Program-made: the position numbers and the translations under genes
Source of the DNA: an uncultured archaeon
Lineage (GTDB): Archaea; Iainarchaeota; Iainarchaeia; Iainarchaeales; VGJJ01
DNA length: 64,000 nucleotides
Assembly: GCA_964427715.1 (NCBI GenBank)
Contig: CAYRUV010000001.1
Span: 34,552 to 98,551, forward strand
Direction of reading: 5' to 3'
Part shown: in pieces, positions 46,802 through 55,811 of the stretch
How positions within the stretch are numbered: position 1 is the stretch's first letter
Layout of the letters: each line of letters starts with the position of its first letter
Notes under the pieces: generated by a model
What the model was told of the DNA's origin: nothing
The model's input: only the letters and a program-made list of their open reading frames with translations
Databases searched by the model: none

Positions 46802-47596
46802 ATGACACAATTAGATATTCTAACCGAATTGCAGCGAAATAAAGTTTTAGAGTCTCTCGCGAAAGGAAAGCGAGTCTCGGGTCGAGGATTTGATGAGTAC
46901 CGCAAGGTTGAAGTCTTAACCGACGTGAGCGAGAACGCAAACGGAAGTGCGCGCATCCGTTTAGGTAAAACAGACGTGATTGCGGGAATCAAGTTTGCCA
47001 TTGGGGAACCGTATCCCGATTCCCCCGACGATGGAAGCATTTCCGTGGGTGCGGAATTGACTCCGTTAGCCTCTCCCCTGAATGAAGTCGGTCCTCCCTC
47101 CCCGCACGAGGTTGAATTGTCTCGGGTCGTGGATCGAGGTATTCGAGAGAGTCACTGCGTGGACTTGTCCTCGTTGTGTCTCGTTCCCGGAGAGAAGGTT
47201 CTTTCCTTGTTCATCGACATTTACGCGCTGAACGATGATGGAAATCTCCTGGATGCCTCTTCGATGGCTGCGTTGGTGGCACTCAACCACACGCGCATGC
47301 CGAAGGTCGAGGATGGGAAGATCATCTATGGAGAATATGATGGGAAGATGCTCGAGCTGGCAAATCAGCCCTTGCTCATCACCACCATCAAGGCCTCCAA
47401 TACCCTCCTGTCGGATGTGGATTTAGGAGAAGAGAAGGCGCAGTTTGCCCGCTTTTCCTTCGGTAGCACCGAGAAGGGGATCATCACGGCCTTCCAGAAG
47501 GCGGGTTCGGGTTCCTTTTCGGCGGCGGAATTGGAAACGTCCATCGAGACAGGTTTGAAGAACGCCAAGGCCCTCCGGAAGACCCTCAAGGTCTAA
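46802..47596 (+). CDS. rrp42: exosome subunit Rrp42 (inactive RNase PH-like)
   Basis: 264 aa RNase PH-like protein directly after rrp41. Confidence 0.85.
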   Translation: MTQLDILTELQRNKVLESLAKGKRVSGRGFDEYRKVEVLTDVSENANGSARIRLGKTDVIAGIKFAIGEPYPDSPDDGSISVGAELTPLASPLNEVGPPSPHEVELSRVVDRGIRESHCVDLSSLCLVPGEKVLSLFIDIYALNDDGNLLDASSMAALVALNHTRMPKVEDGKIIYGEYDGKMLELANQPLLITTIKASNTLLSDVDLGEEKAQFARFSFGSTEKGIITAFQKAGSGSFSAAELETSIETGLKNAKALRKTLKV

Positions 47597-47743
47597 GGGT
47601 TTTTGTTGGATGGGTGCTAGGGGGCCGTATTCGGCCTCCTTTGCCCTATTCCTCCTACTCTCAACAGATTGCCGGGGAGTGGCGAGGTTTAAAAGGATTT
47701 GTCGGCGGTCTTTGAGTATACCCACGCAGAAGGGATTATTTTT

Positions 47744-48196
47744 ATGGCTGAATCCAAGAAAAAGAAAACCCGACACACGGCTCGATTCGGAGCCCGATAC
47801 GGTGTTTCAGTAAAGAAGCGATACGAGACCTTTGAAGCCAAGCAGCGCGTCAAGCATGTTTGCCCGAAGTGCGGTTTTGCTAAAGTGCAGCGCATCTCCA
47901 CGGGTATCTTCAAGTGCGCCAAGTGTCACTTGACGTATGCGGGTGGAGCATTCTATCCTCAAACCCTCACAGGGGGCATCATCGCCAAGATGGTCGCTCA
48001 GCGCGCATTCAACACGCAGTTGTTGGAGCAGATCGAGGAAACCCCTGCGGCGATTCGCGAAGACGTTCTCCCGACCGAACTCTCGGATGAGGAGAAGATT
48101 GAACAGTTGACGCAAGAAAAGCCCGCGCACGAGAAGAAGCGAAAGTCCAAGAAAATGGACACGTCTTCGGATGAACCCGTGAGCGAGAGCGCGTGA
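47744..48196 (+). CDS. rpl37ae: 50S ribosomal protein L37Ae with acidic/Lys-rich C-terminal extension
   Basis: TRHTARFGARYG...CPKCG...CAKCH zinc ribbon, plus a roughly 70-aa extension. TTTAAAA promoter-like box at 47686. Confidence 0.85.
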   Translation: MAESKKKKTRHTARFGARYGVSVKKRYETFEAKQRVKHVCPKCGFAKVQRISTGIFKCAKCHLTYAGGAFYPQTLTGGIIAKMVAQRAFNTQLLEQIEETPAAIREDVLPTELSDEEKIEQLTQEKPAHEKKRKSKKMDTSSDEPVSESA

Positions 48197-48212
48197 CGGG
48201 AGCGGGTTAATC

Positions 48213-48344
48213 ATGTACAAGTGCAACAAGTGCCTCCAAGAATTTGACGCTTTACCTGTAGGGTTGGTTCGCTGCCCGAATTGCGGAAACAAAATCTTCT
48301 ACAAGACGCGCGCGCCGGTTGAGAAGCGAATGCTGGCTCGCTAA
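48213..48344 (+). CDS. rpoP: DNA-directed RNA polymerase subunit P (Rpo12/RpoP)
   Basis: 43-aa ORF MYKCNKCLQEFDALPVGLVRCPNCGNKIFYKTRAPVEKRMLAR with a CxxC..CxxC zinc ribbon and a basic tail. It has the canonical position after rpl37ae and is absent from the ORF track because it is under 60 aa. Confidence 0.75.
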   Translation: MYKCNKCLQEFDALPVGLVRCPNCGNKIFYKTRAPVEKRMLAR

Positions 48345-48361
48345 TTTCCGGGTTTTCCCGT

Positions 48362-48601
48362 ATGGTCTCGAAAACCTATTCGTTTGCATTTCCTTCCGTC
48401 TCTTCAGCCAAGGCCGCTCAGGCCGCCTTATCGCTTGAAACAGGTCAATCGTATGAAAAAAGGGCTCAGACCCAAGTTCAGGTTAAAAACAATCGCCTGG
48501 TGTTCGTTAGTATAGGGCAGGATATGGCCAGTCTTCGGGCGTCCATTTCCGGCTACACGAAACTCGCTGAGTTTTTGAAAAAATTAGAAAACGGAGCATG
48601 A
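48362..48601 (+). CDS. KEOPS subunit Pcc1-like small protein
   Basis: 79 aa with an alpha/beta pattern ending in MASLRASISGYTKLAEFL, like the Pcc1 SLRA...L signature. Pcc1 often resides in this superoperon. Confidence 0.45.
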   Translation: MVSKTYSFAFPSVSSAKAAQAALSLETGQSYEKRAQTQVQVKNNRLVFVSIGQDMASLRASISGYTKLAEFLKKLENGA

Positions 48602-48978
48602 ATCCTATGGTCGAAATCCGAGAAAAAATCATGGAGTTTGAGAAGCAGCGTCAGATGCTCATGAACATCACCATGCAGAAGCAGCAGCTGGAAGCCAGCG
48701 TGAATGCATTGGGAAAGTCGTTGGAAGAATTGGCGAAGACCGACGAGGGTAAAGTCTACAAGGCCGCCGGGGCCATTATGGTTTTGCGCGACGCCAAAGA
48801 AGTCAAGAAGGAGTTGGAGGACATGAAGGAAAGCCAGTCTCTCCGAGCCAAGACCTTGGATAAGCAGGAAAAGACCCTCGTGGATAAGCTTAATGCATTG
48901 CGCGTGGAGATTGAGGCGGCCGCGGCGCCCCAAACCTTGAGTCAGGGCAATACGGTTATATCCCCCAAGAAGAATTGA
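48598..48978 (+). CDS. pfdB: prefoldin beta subunit
   Basis: 126 aa with two coiled-coil arms flanking a beta hairpin (KVYKAAGAIMVL). Confidence 0.85.
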   Translation: MNPMVEIREKIMEFEKQRQMLMNITMQKQQLEASVNALGKSLEELAKTDEGKVYKAAGAIMVLRDAKEVKKELEDMKESQSLRAKTLDKQEKTLVDKLNALRVEIEAAAAPQTLSQGNTVISPKKN

Positions 48979-48984
48979 AGTGGA

Positions 48985-50010
48985 ATGGAACGCCCTTCCA
49001 TTCCCAATCTTCCTCTTTTTCATTCCTTGGTGAAAGGAAAGAGGGTCCTTTTTCTCTCGCATGTTCGACCGGACATGGACACGCTGTGTTCGGCCATGGC
49101 ATTAACGCATTTCTTTTCGCGCGAGTGCAAGCCCACGTTTGGATTGGTTGAATCACTGTCGGATTTTCAGCTCGAACAGGTTCGTTTTTTCCCTATTCCC
49201 CCCAAACTTATTTCCTCCTTGAGTGATTTTGATGTCGTGGTGTGTGTGGATTTTCGTTCGCCTTCCCAAGCGGGTCCCTTGTCTCACTCTTTACAATCCT
49301 ACAAGGGTCACTTGGTGATTCTGGATCATCATCACCCGTCTCCGGATGAGTTCAAACAAATTTCCTTGTCCCTCATCAAGCCTCATTCCGTGTCCACCAC
49401 TCAATTAGTAGCGGAAATGGGTCGAGAAATGGTGGGGGATTTCACGAAACCCATTGCGACCGCTCTGGCGATGGGGATTGTCACGGATTCGGCTCGTTTC
49501 ATGGTGGCGAATCCTCAAACCTTTTCCTTGTTTGATTTTCTCCTCCACAAAAGTGGGAAGCCCTATGAGGAAATACTCTCGCGTGCAGTTCCTGTGTCTC
49601 CCATTCATGAACGAGTGGGTGTTTTTCATTCGTTGAAGAATATCAAGTTGGTTTCGGCCGGGGAATTTCTCTTCGCATCCATTTCCTCTCCCCACCCTAC
49701 GGGAAAGATTGCAAGTTCATTGATTCAAATGGGTGCGGATGTGGGATTGTGTTTCTCCCACTCTTCAGAAGGAGTGTTTGCGTCCATTCGTGTTTCGGGT
49801 CGTGCCCATTCGGAGTTAGGGTATGATGCGATGCACCTCATTACCCCCTTCGCCCAGCAGCATGGCGGGGTGGGTGGGGGTCATGCGCGTGCAGCCCAGA
49901 TTAATTTGCCTCCCTATTTTTCGGAGCAGATGCTCTCGGATTATTTTTCTCGTGAGTTATTCATGCGGGTGAAAAAGAATCATCCTAAAACAAATTTGAA
50001 AATACACTAA
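48985..50010 (+). CDS. DHH-family phosphoesterase (NrnA/RecJ-like core, DHH + DHHA1)
   Basis: DHH motifs (HVRPDMD, VDF, ILDHHH) and DHHA1 GGGH (GGVGGGHARAA). 341 aa. Confidence 0.8.
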   Translation: MERPSIPNLPLFHSLVKGKRVLFLSHVRPDMDTLCSAMALTHFFSRECKPTFGLVESLSDFQLEQVRFFPIPPKLISSLSDFDVVVCVDFRSPSQAGPLSHSLQSYKGHLVILDHHHPSPDEFKQISLSLIKPHSVSTTQLVAEMGREMVGDFTKPIATALAMGIVTDSARFMVANPQTFSLFDFLLHKSGKPYEEILSRAVPVSPIHERVGVFHSLKNIKLVSAGEFLFASISSPHPTGKIASSLIQMGADVGLCFSHSSEGVFASIRVSGRAHSELGYDAMHLITPFAQQHGGVGGGHARAAQINLPPYFSEQMLSDYFSRELFMRVKKNHPKTNLKIH

Positions 50011-50026
50011 TTGGTTTAGGTGGGTA

Positions 50027-50437
50027 TCATTGTACGTAAATGACATGCTTTCCTTTCTTGACTTTGGTTCGCTTGGCTTTTTTGAGCAAATAATGAATGG
50101 TACTTTTAGCCACTCCGGTTCGTTTGGTAATCTCGCGCATGCTCAAATGGTCCTTGCGGAGTTCGGCAATCTTTTTGATGGTCTCCAAGTCCATATGCAG
50201 GGCTCTTCCGGCGCGATGCGCGCGCACGACCGGTATTCCTTTTTTCTTGAGCAATTGGGTGGCGTCCGGGGCGAGTCTTTTTTCCACGGAAACAGAGGCC
50301 CCGATTTCTTGGATCGAGGAGCAGCGGGTCAAAATGGCTTTGAGTTTCTTGGTCGAAATAGGTCGGACCAAATGGACCCTCTCGATGTCAACCGGAATGG
50401 TTGAGACGGGGGTGTGGGCGCGGATGGCGTATAGCAT
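50027..50437 (-). CDS. hypothetical DNA-binding protein with C-terminal HTH
   Basis: 136 aa. The C-terminal LSMREITKRTGVAKSTIHYLLKK is HTH-like, with a basic tail. Confidence 0.45.
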   Translation of the reverse strand: MLYAIRAHTPVSTIPVDIERVHLVRPISTKKLKAILTRCSSIQEIGASVSVEKRLAPDATQLLKKKGIPVVRAHRAGRALHMDLETIKKIAELRKDHLSMREITKRTGVAKSTIHYLLKKAKRTKVKKGKHVIYVQ

Positions 50438-50543
50438 GCGTATTCAACTCTTTCATTTTCTCGCGTAAAGTATCTTTATATATCTGGCTCCGCCTTCCTT
50501 GGGTTAACCACCCTATAGTGGATTACCGATAGGAGAATGATAT

Positions 50544-51794
50544 ATGATGATGGATCGAAAACTAATAATGATTCTATCCCTCTTCACGCTCTTCCTGTTC
50601 GTGGGCACTTTTGCTCTGGCCGAAACGGGCTCTGGAACCAACGCTGGATCTGGAGACTCGCCGGACGCCATGGAAGCGAAAGCCATGATGGACAAGGAAA
50701 AGGCGAAGAAGGTTGAATCGGGGGTCATGAAGCTAGATCTCCGTACCCGAATGGGAGATGAGGAACGGAGCGAATTGCGCGTACGTTTCGTCAATTCCAA
50801 TGTGTCGGATGACGATTTGCGCCGATTGCAGATCGCCCGAATCGATGCCTCCGATCTCGAACGATTGGATGCGGCCGGTCGAACGCGATTGCTCTCCGAG
50901 CTGCGCGTCCGAATCAAGGATGATGAAGTAAACCGCTTCCGCGCGGTTGAAGTGCGCATCAAAGAGCGCGATACGCGAGTGGAAGCCATCCGCGACGCGC
51001 GCAGTATTGCAAACGCCCGATTGAGTGCGATTGCGCGATTGAAATTACTTGAGTCCGAGTTGGACGGGGAAGCCTTGACGCGAGTCGCGGCCATCCGAGC
51101 CAAGCTTGAAGCCTCTTCTTCCACCACGGTCGCCACGACTGATGCGGCGAAGATTGACAATGAGATTCGTATTCGACACCGCGAAAATGCGGTAGCGCGA
51201 GGCGAATCAGCGGTTGCGAAGGCTGAGTCGATTCTTGAAAAGCTCCAATCTTTCACGGATCGAATCGAAGCTAAACTTGCCGAATCCGATGCCCCTCGTC
51301 CTCGCATAGAGAACGTGGTGGATCGCCTGAATACGATTGAGGCTGATCTCATCGAGCACATTGCCTCCACCAAGGCTGCCTGGTCGGTGGCTCAAGAGGA
51401 CGACGCCACGCGAGCTGAGATTCAAGCCCTCCACGAGGAATTGGTTCACTTGCGTTTGCACGCAAAGCAGGCCGTTTCGGCCATGCACGCGCTCATTCGC
51501 GCCGTGAAGGATCGCCCCGAGGGGAGCGATGATATTCGCGCGGTGGACGAAACCTCCATTATCGCCGATACTGAAATTTCAGAGGCGGCGATGGATGCTG
51601 AAGTCATGGCAACCGTGGAAGAAACCACTCCTTCGGATGATTCTGTAATGGAATCTGATGATAGTGGGATGGATTCTGCTTCGGACATGGATGATTCCGA
51701 CGAGGACATTGGGTCTGAGACGGATGATTCTGGGATGGATTCCGACTCCGATATGGATGATTCGGACGAAGACAACGGAGGGGATGACGAATGA
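50544..51794 (+). CDS. secreted coiled-coil protein with acidic Ser/Asp/Met-rich C-terminal repeats
   Basis: Signal peptide (LIMILSLFTLFLFVGTFALA) and a long R/E/A-rich helical region. The C-terminal SDDSGMDSxSDMDDSDED is repeated twice. Confidence 0.6.
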   Translation: MMMDRKLIMILSLFTLFLFVGTFALAETGSGTNAGSGDSPDAMEAKAMMDKEKAKKVESGVMKLDLRTRMGDEERSELRVRFVNSNVSDDDLRRLQIARIDASDLERLDAAGRTRLLSELRVRIKDDEVNRFRAVEVRIKERDTRVEAIRDARSIANARLSAIARLKLLESELDGEALTRVAAIRAKLEASSSTTVATTDAAKIDNEIRIRHRENAVARGESAVAKAESILEKLQSFTDRIEAKLAESDAPRPRIENVVDRLNTIEADLIEHIASTKAAWSVAQEDDATRAEIQALHEELVHLRLHAKQAVSAMHALIRAVKDRPEGSDDIRAVDETSIIADTEISEAAMDAEVMATVEETTPSDDSVMESDDSGMDSASDMDDSDEDIGSETDDSGMDSDSDMDDSDEDNGGDDE

Positions 51795-52054
51795 AATCAA
51801 CACGCGTAACGGCATTGTTGGTCTTAGCTCTCCTTTCGGTGTTTTTGGTGGCGGGCTGCGTGAATAACGCGTCGGCCCCTACGACGCCCACCACGCCCAC
51901 TGTTCCCACGACTCCGGTCGTGACGGATCCTGTGGACGAGTTGACGAGTGCGGATGACTTAACGGGTATTTCCCCCACGGAATTGGATGATTTGCAGACC
52001 GATTTCGATGAGTTGGATGCCGAAGTCTCAGGTGTCTCCGAAACGGACATTTAG
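51791..52054 (+). CDS. small secreted acidic lipoprotein-like protein
   Basis: ATGA start/stop overlap with the upstream gene. Signal peptide with Cys (LSVFLVAGC), a PTTPTTPTVPTTP linker and an acidic tail. Confidence 0.5.
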   Translation: MKSTRVTALLVLALLSVFLVAGCVNNASAPTTPTTPTVPTTPVVTDPVDELTSADDLTGISPTELDDLQTDFDELDAEVSGVSETDI

Positions 52055-52062
52055 GTGAAGGT

Positions 52063-52110
52063 AGGGGGTTTCATCCCCCTCCTTTTCTCATTTTCTTTTC
52101 ATTCAATCCC
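52063..52110 (+). terminator. hairpin plus T-tract terminator
   Basis: AGGGGGTTTCATCCCCCT (52063-52080) followed by ccttttctcattttcttttcatt. Confidence 0.55.
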
Positions 52111-52157
52111 CTATTTTTTGGCATGCCAAAATCAATACCTATATATTCTCTCAATTT

Positions 52158-52523
52158 TTGCCCGTATTCATGGCCTCTGCTCGTCTCATCGATTACTATT
52201 CAGGCATGCCCAAAGAAACCGTCTCCATTTCAGTGGAGTCTCCCCATACCGAGTGGGAGTCGCGCGTCCTGCGGGTCGTTCATTCTCGCTGGCCCACGTC
52301 TTCTCTGGAAATCGCCGAGTTTCTAGGTCATTCCATTGCGACACGGGAGGAGAAGCGCTTGCTTTCTTCGCGCATCGTGTATCACATCAAGAAACTGGTT
52401 GAGCGTAAGAAGCTCATGTCGAAGCGTTTTGGAAACGCATTAGTGGTGTGGCCCTTTGAGGTTGAAACCCTGCGCGTGATGCACGAGATGATGAAACCGG
52501 TGAAGAAAGAAGGGAGTGTGTAG
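52158..52523 (+). CDS. hypothetical protein, possible wHTH regulator
   Basis: 121 aa, basic, with a helix-rich middle segment (SLEIAEFLGHSIATREEKRLLSSRIVYHIKKLVERKK). Confidence 0.45.
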   Translation: MPVFMASARLIDYYSGMPKETVSISVESPHTEWESRVLRVVHSRWPTSSLEIAEFLGHSIATREEKRLLSSRIVYHIKKLVERKKLMSKRFGNALVVWPFEVETLRVMHEMMKPVKKEGSV

Positions 52524-52529
52524 CCCCGC

Positions 52530-53096
52530 ATGGTGCTCAATAACTTCTTCGACAAGTTCATCTTCACGTCGCAGTTGAAGTTCAAGGATTACAATTTTTT
52601 TGTGTTAGACATTCCGTTCGTAATTGTTCCCGTGGATATGCTTCAGGGTTTTTCTGCGATGGATCTTCCCGAAATTAACAAAGCGGTGTATTACGCCTTC
52701 AAGACCTCCACCCAAAAGTCGCTCATTCCTAAGTTCAAAGCAGGGGCGACGAAGCCCAAATTCCTTGAGTTGGCGCAGGCATTCTTCACGGCTTCGGGTT
52801 GGGGTCTGATGCACAATGTGGAAATCGATGAGGTGAACCATCGTGCCATCGTGACCATTTCCCATTCTCCCATTGCGAAGGTGTTGCAGGGGAAGGTTTC
52901 TCATCCCGTAGATCATTACACGCGCGCAGTGTTAGGGGCGATTTTCTCTGAATATTTCGAGTCGCCGGTGGAAGCCGTTGAGAGTGAGTGTTTAGCCTTG
53001 CATCCCGGGGATTGTAGTTTTGTCATCAAGCCCCTGCGCGAGTTTGATTTCACCAAGGAAGAGACGCAGCGTCAGTTATCGCTGGATTCGATTTAG
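52530..53096 (+). CDS. hypothetical protein (possibly V4R-like small-molecule-binding domain)
   Basis: 188 aa. This is a weak guess from composition and the conserved Cys (HPGDCSF). Confidence 0.4.
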   Translation: MVLNNFFDKFIFTSQLKFKDYNFFVLDIPFVIVPVDMLQGFSAMDLPEINKAVYYAFKTSTQKSLIPKFKAGATKPKFLELAQAFFTASGWGLMHNVEIDEVNHRAIVTISHSPIAKVLQGKVSHPVDHYTRAVLGAIFSEYFESPVEAVESECLALHPGDCSFVIKPLREFDFTKEETQRQLSLDSI

Positions 53097-54197
53097 TTAT
53101 TTTTTTCTTCGCATCAGATAGTCGGCGAACTGGTCGAAATACGCAAGGTGTTCGTTGGAGAATCCGGGTTTGGCTTTGCGTAGGGCGTCTTTTCCTTTCT
53201 GGTTGTAATCTTCGGCAATTGCTTGGGCTTTGGTGACGATTCCCTTCTCGTGGAGGAGGTGCATGACGCTATTCAATTCTTTGGTGGTGGCTTTTTCATT
53301 TCCGAGGACGTGTTCGATTTTCTTCCAGTCTTCCTTGGGCAGGTTTTCTTTGGCCAATAACACGAGGAGGGTGGTTTTTCCCTTGCGCAGGTCACTTCCC
53401 AATTCTCTTCCTTTTTCTGACCCGGGAGTCACATCCAAAATATCGTCTTGGATCTGGAAGGTGGTCGCGGAGTATTTGGCATACTCATCCATGGCTTTGA
53501 GTTGGGACTCGGATGCCCCGGCGAACAATCCTCCAATGTGCAGGGCTCCGCCCAACAATACGCCTGTTTTGAGGTAGGCCATGCGCAAGTATTGGTGAGA
53601 GTCGATGTTCTTTTCTATTTCATAGTGAACATCTAGCATTTGTCCGAGGTTGACTAATCGATAGGTCTTCTCATACACTTTCAACGCTTCAATCCTTTTC
53701 TCGGCGGGAAAGTCGGCATCGAGTAGGGTTTGGGCTCCTAATGAGAATAGCATGTCGGTGGCAATCATGCTCATGCTAACTCCGAATCGTGAGGCGGTGT
53801 CGGCGAACAGGTATCCTTTGTAGGGGGGTTTTCCATATCGTTGGTTGAACCATTCGATCGTGAGGGTGTGGGCGGCCTTGACTTCTCTCCTTTCCTTATC
53901 TTCATCCATCACATCATCCAAAATCAACGAGGCATTGTGGAAGAATTCCACGCTCAGGGAGGGGAGGACAATCTTCTTGTCTTCTTTTCCTCCACAGGCT
54001 TCATACGCAAGAATGGTGCAGATTCCTCGGAGTCGCTTTCCTCCTCCAAGGATGTAGTTCTGCATGGCCGTATAATTTTCTTCGGCGACTTCGCTTTTAG
54101 CTTCGAGCAAATCCTTGCGTTTCTTCTCAAAGTATTGGGTGAGGGTGGTGTTGACTAATTCGCGTTTGCTTCCCATGAACTCCTGGAGGGATTCCAT
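53097..54197 (-). CDS. idsA: polyprenyl diphosphate synthase (trans-isoprenyl diphosphate synthase)
   Basis: FARM LILDDVMDEDKERR and SARM FQIQDDILD. 366 aa. Confidence 0.85.
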   Translation of the reverse strand: MESLQEFMGSKRELVNTTLTQYFEKKRKDLLEAKSEVAEENYTAMQNYILGGGKRLRGICTILAYEACGGKEDKKIVLPSLSVEFFHNASLILDDVMDEDKERREVKAAHTLTIEWFNQRYGKPPYKGYLFADTASRFGVSMSMIATDMLFSLGAQTLLDADFPAEKRIEALKVYEKTYRLVNLGQMLDVHYEIEKNIDSHQYLRMAYLKTGVLLGGALHIGGLFAGASESQLKAMDEYAKYSATTFQIQDDILDVTPGSEKGRELGSDLRKGKTTLLVLLAKENLPKEDWKKIEHVLGNEKATTKELNSVMHLLHEKGIVTKAQAIAEDYNQKGKDALRKAKPGFSNEHLAYFDQFADYLMRRKK

Positions 54198-54203
54198 GTG
54201 TCT

Positions 54204-55268
54204 TCACACCTTCCGGTGGATCAAGTATTCGGCGAAAGCGCGCAGGGTATTCTTGGCTTCACTCTCAGGGAGGACTTTCTCCACGTCCTTCCATGATTTC
54301 TCAACCAATTCCTTAGCGCGTGCGCGGGCATAATCCATGCTTCCGTGTTTCTCAATAATGGCAATAGCTTCGCGAATGGTCTTTTCATCGGAGGGGTGGG
54401 AGTTGAGGATGTCGAGCAGGCGCTTCTTGTCTTTCTCGTTGGCCTTGTTGAGCGTGTGGAGTACCATGATGGTTCTCTTTCCTTCATGGATGTCTTCTCC
54501 GACTCCTTTGGATTTGGCCATTTCCTCCCCTACGAGGTTGAGGATGTCATCTTGAATCTGGAAAGCCACTCCCACGCTTTCTCCGAATTTTCCGAGCTTT
54601 TCGACTTGCTGGGGGTTTCCTTTTCCTAAAATGGCTCCCATTTTCGTGGACATGCGGGCGAGCATTCCGGTTTTGTAGGCGCACATCTGTAAGTAGGCGT
54701 CTTCGGTCACATCGTATTTTTGTCCGCGGTGCCAGAGGATGTCCATTCCCTGTCCAGCGTGCAATCGGATCATTTCTTCTGAGACGAGTTCGTGCATTTT
54801 GAGTTTCACTTCATTCGTGAGGGTCGTGTCGTGGTTCAATAGGGCGTAGGGGAGGTAATACATGAAGTTCCCCGCGTTCACGGCGATGTCGACTCCGAAT
54901 ATTTTGTAGGTGCAGGGCTTTTCTCGGCGCAATTCCGAATTGTCTTCCACATCGTCCACCATGAGGGTGCCATTGTGGATGAGTTCGAGCATGGCGGTGT
55001 ATCGCTTGATGGCCTCAGGCTTTCCTCCCACTGCCTCGCAACACAAAAGCATTAGGATGGGTCTCCATCTCTTTCCGCCTCGTCCGAGCAAGTCCCAGAT
55101 TGGTTCCACAAGTGCGCGGTGAATACTGTCCACGTCATAGGCGTAGGAGGGTTTTCCAAAGAGGGTTTCCACGGATCGTAGGGTACTTTTCTTGGGGAGG
55201 AGTCGTTCAATCTCGACGTCGACCTGGGCGCTGTGGGCCTTGAGATAGTGTTCAATATCCATGGTCAT
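54204..55268 (-). CDS. polyprenyl diphosphate synthase, second tandem paralogue
   Basis: FARM LMVDDVEDNSELRR and SARM FQIQDDILN. 354 aa. Confidence 0.85.
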   Translation of the reverse strand: MTMDIEHYLKAHSAQVDVEIERLLPKKSTLRSVETLFGKPSYAYDVDSIHRALVEPIWDLLGRGGKRWRPILMLLCCEAVGGKPEAIKRYTAMLELIHNGTLMVDDVEDNSELRREKPCTYKIFGVDIAVNAGNFMYYLPYALLNHDTTLTNEVKLKMHELVSEEMIRLHAGQGMDILWHRGQKYDVTEDAYLQMCAYKTGMLARMSTKMGAILGKGNPQQVEKLGKFGESVGVAFQIQDDILNLVGEEMAKSKGVGEDIHEGKRTIMVLHTLNKANEKDKKRLLDILNSHPSDEKTIREAIAIIEKHGSMDYARARAKELVEKSWKDVEKVLPESEAKNTLRAFAEYLIHRKV

Positions 55269-55400
55269 GCATCCAACCCCTTCATTTGGCTAATACTGCA
55301 GGATTTTGGGTTCGAGGGCAATATAAACATAGCGAATGCCACTTCGTCAATCGTCATTTAGGGGGTTTAGGTTTAAGAGCCCAAAAAACGATTTCCCAGG

Positions 55401-55811
55401 ATGCCTGCCTCCTCGCATCGTCCGGTTCACCCTCTCTTTGCGGGAGGGATGATTCTTCTATTTCTCGCCTTGGGTTTTCTCCTCTCAACGAGTCCCACTC
55501 TCACGGGGAACGTGGGGGCAGGGGCGATTTCAACCACGAGTCCCAGCGGTGTGTATCTCCAGCACACCGGATTAGGATTGTTGGATCTTTCCGAGCAGTT
55601 GGATTTCTCCAAACGCTACACGCCACAAGAGGCCACCCAATTGATGAAGGGTGCGACGGAGCGAAGAGAACCGGCAATCGTATTCTATTGCGGTCCCGTC
55701 GTGGTAGGAGAAGCGGGTCGTAATTATTGTTTCAAAGTACGAGAGGACGTGAAGGAATACTGGGTGCGTGAATATTCCAACGCGTTGACTCGAGTGGGGG
55801 AATCAAATTGA
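55401..55811 (+). CDS. small membrane-anchored protein, upstream partner of Cys-rich secreted protein
   Basis: TM helix MILLFLALGFLL and 4-nt overlap with the downstream gene. Confidence 0.45.
   Translation: MPASSHRPVHPLFAGGMILLFLALGFLLSTSPTLTGNVGAGAISTTSPSGVYLQHTGLGLLDLSEQLDFSKRYTPQEATQLMKGATERREPAIVFYCGPVVVGEAGRNYCFKVREDVKEYWVREYSNALTRVGESN

Noticed and set aside
50513-51373. ORF 50513..51373 (-), 286 aa, Ser/Arg-rich
   Set aside because: It is antisense to the secreted coiled-coil gene, which has a clear signal peptide and a translationally coupled downstream partner.
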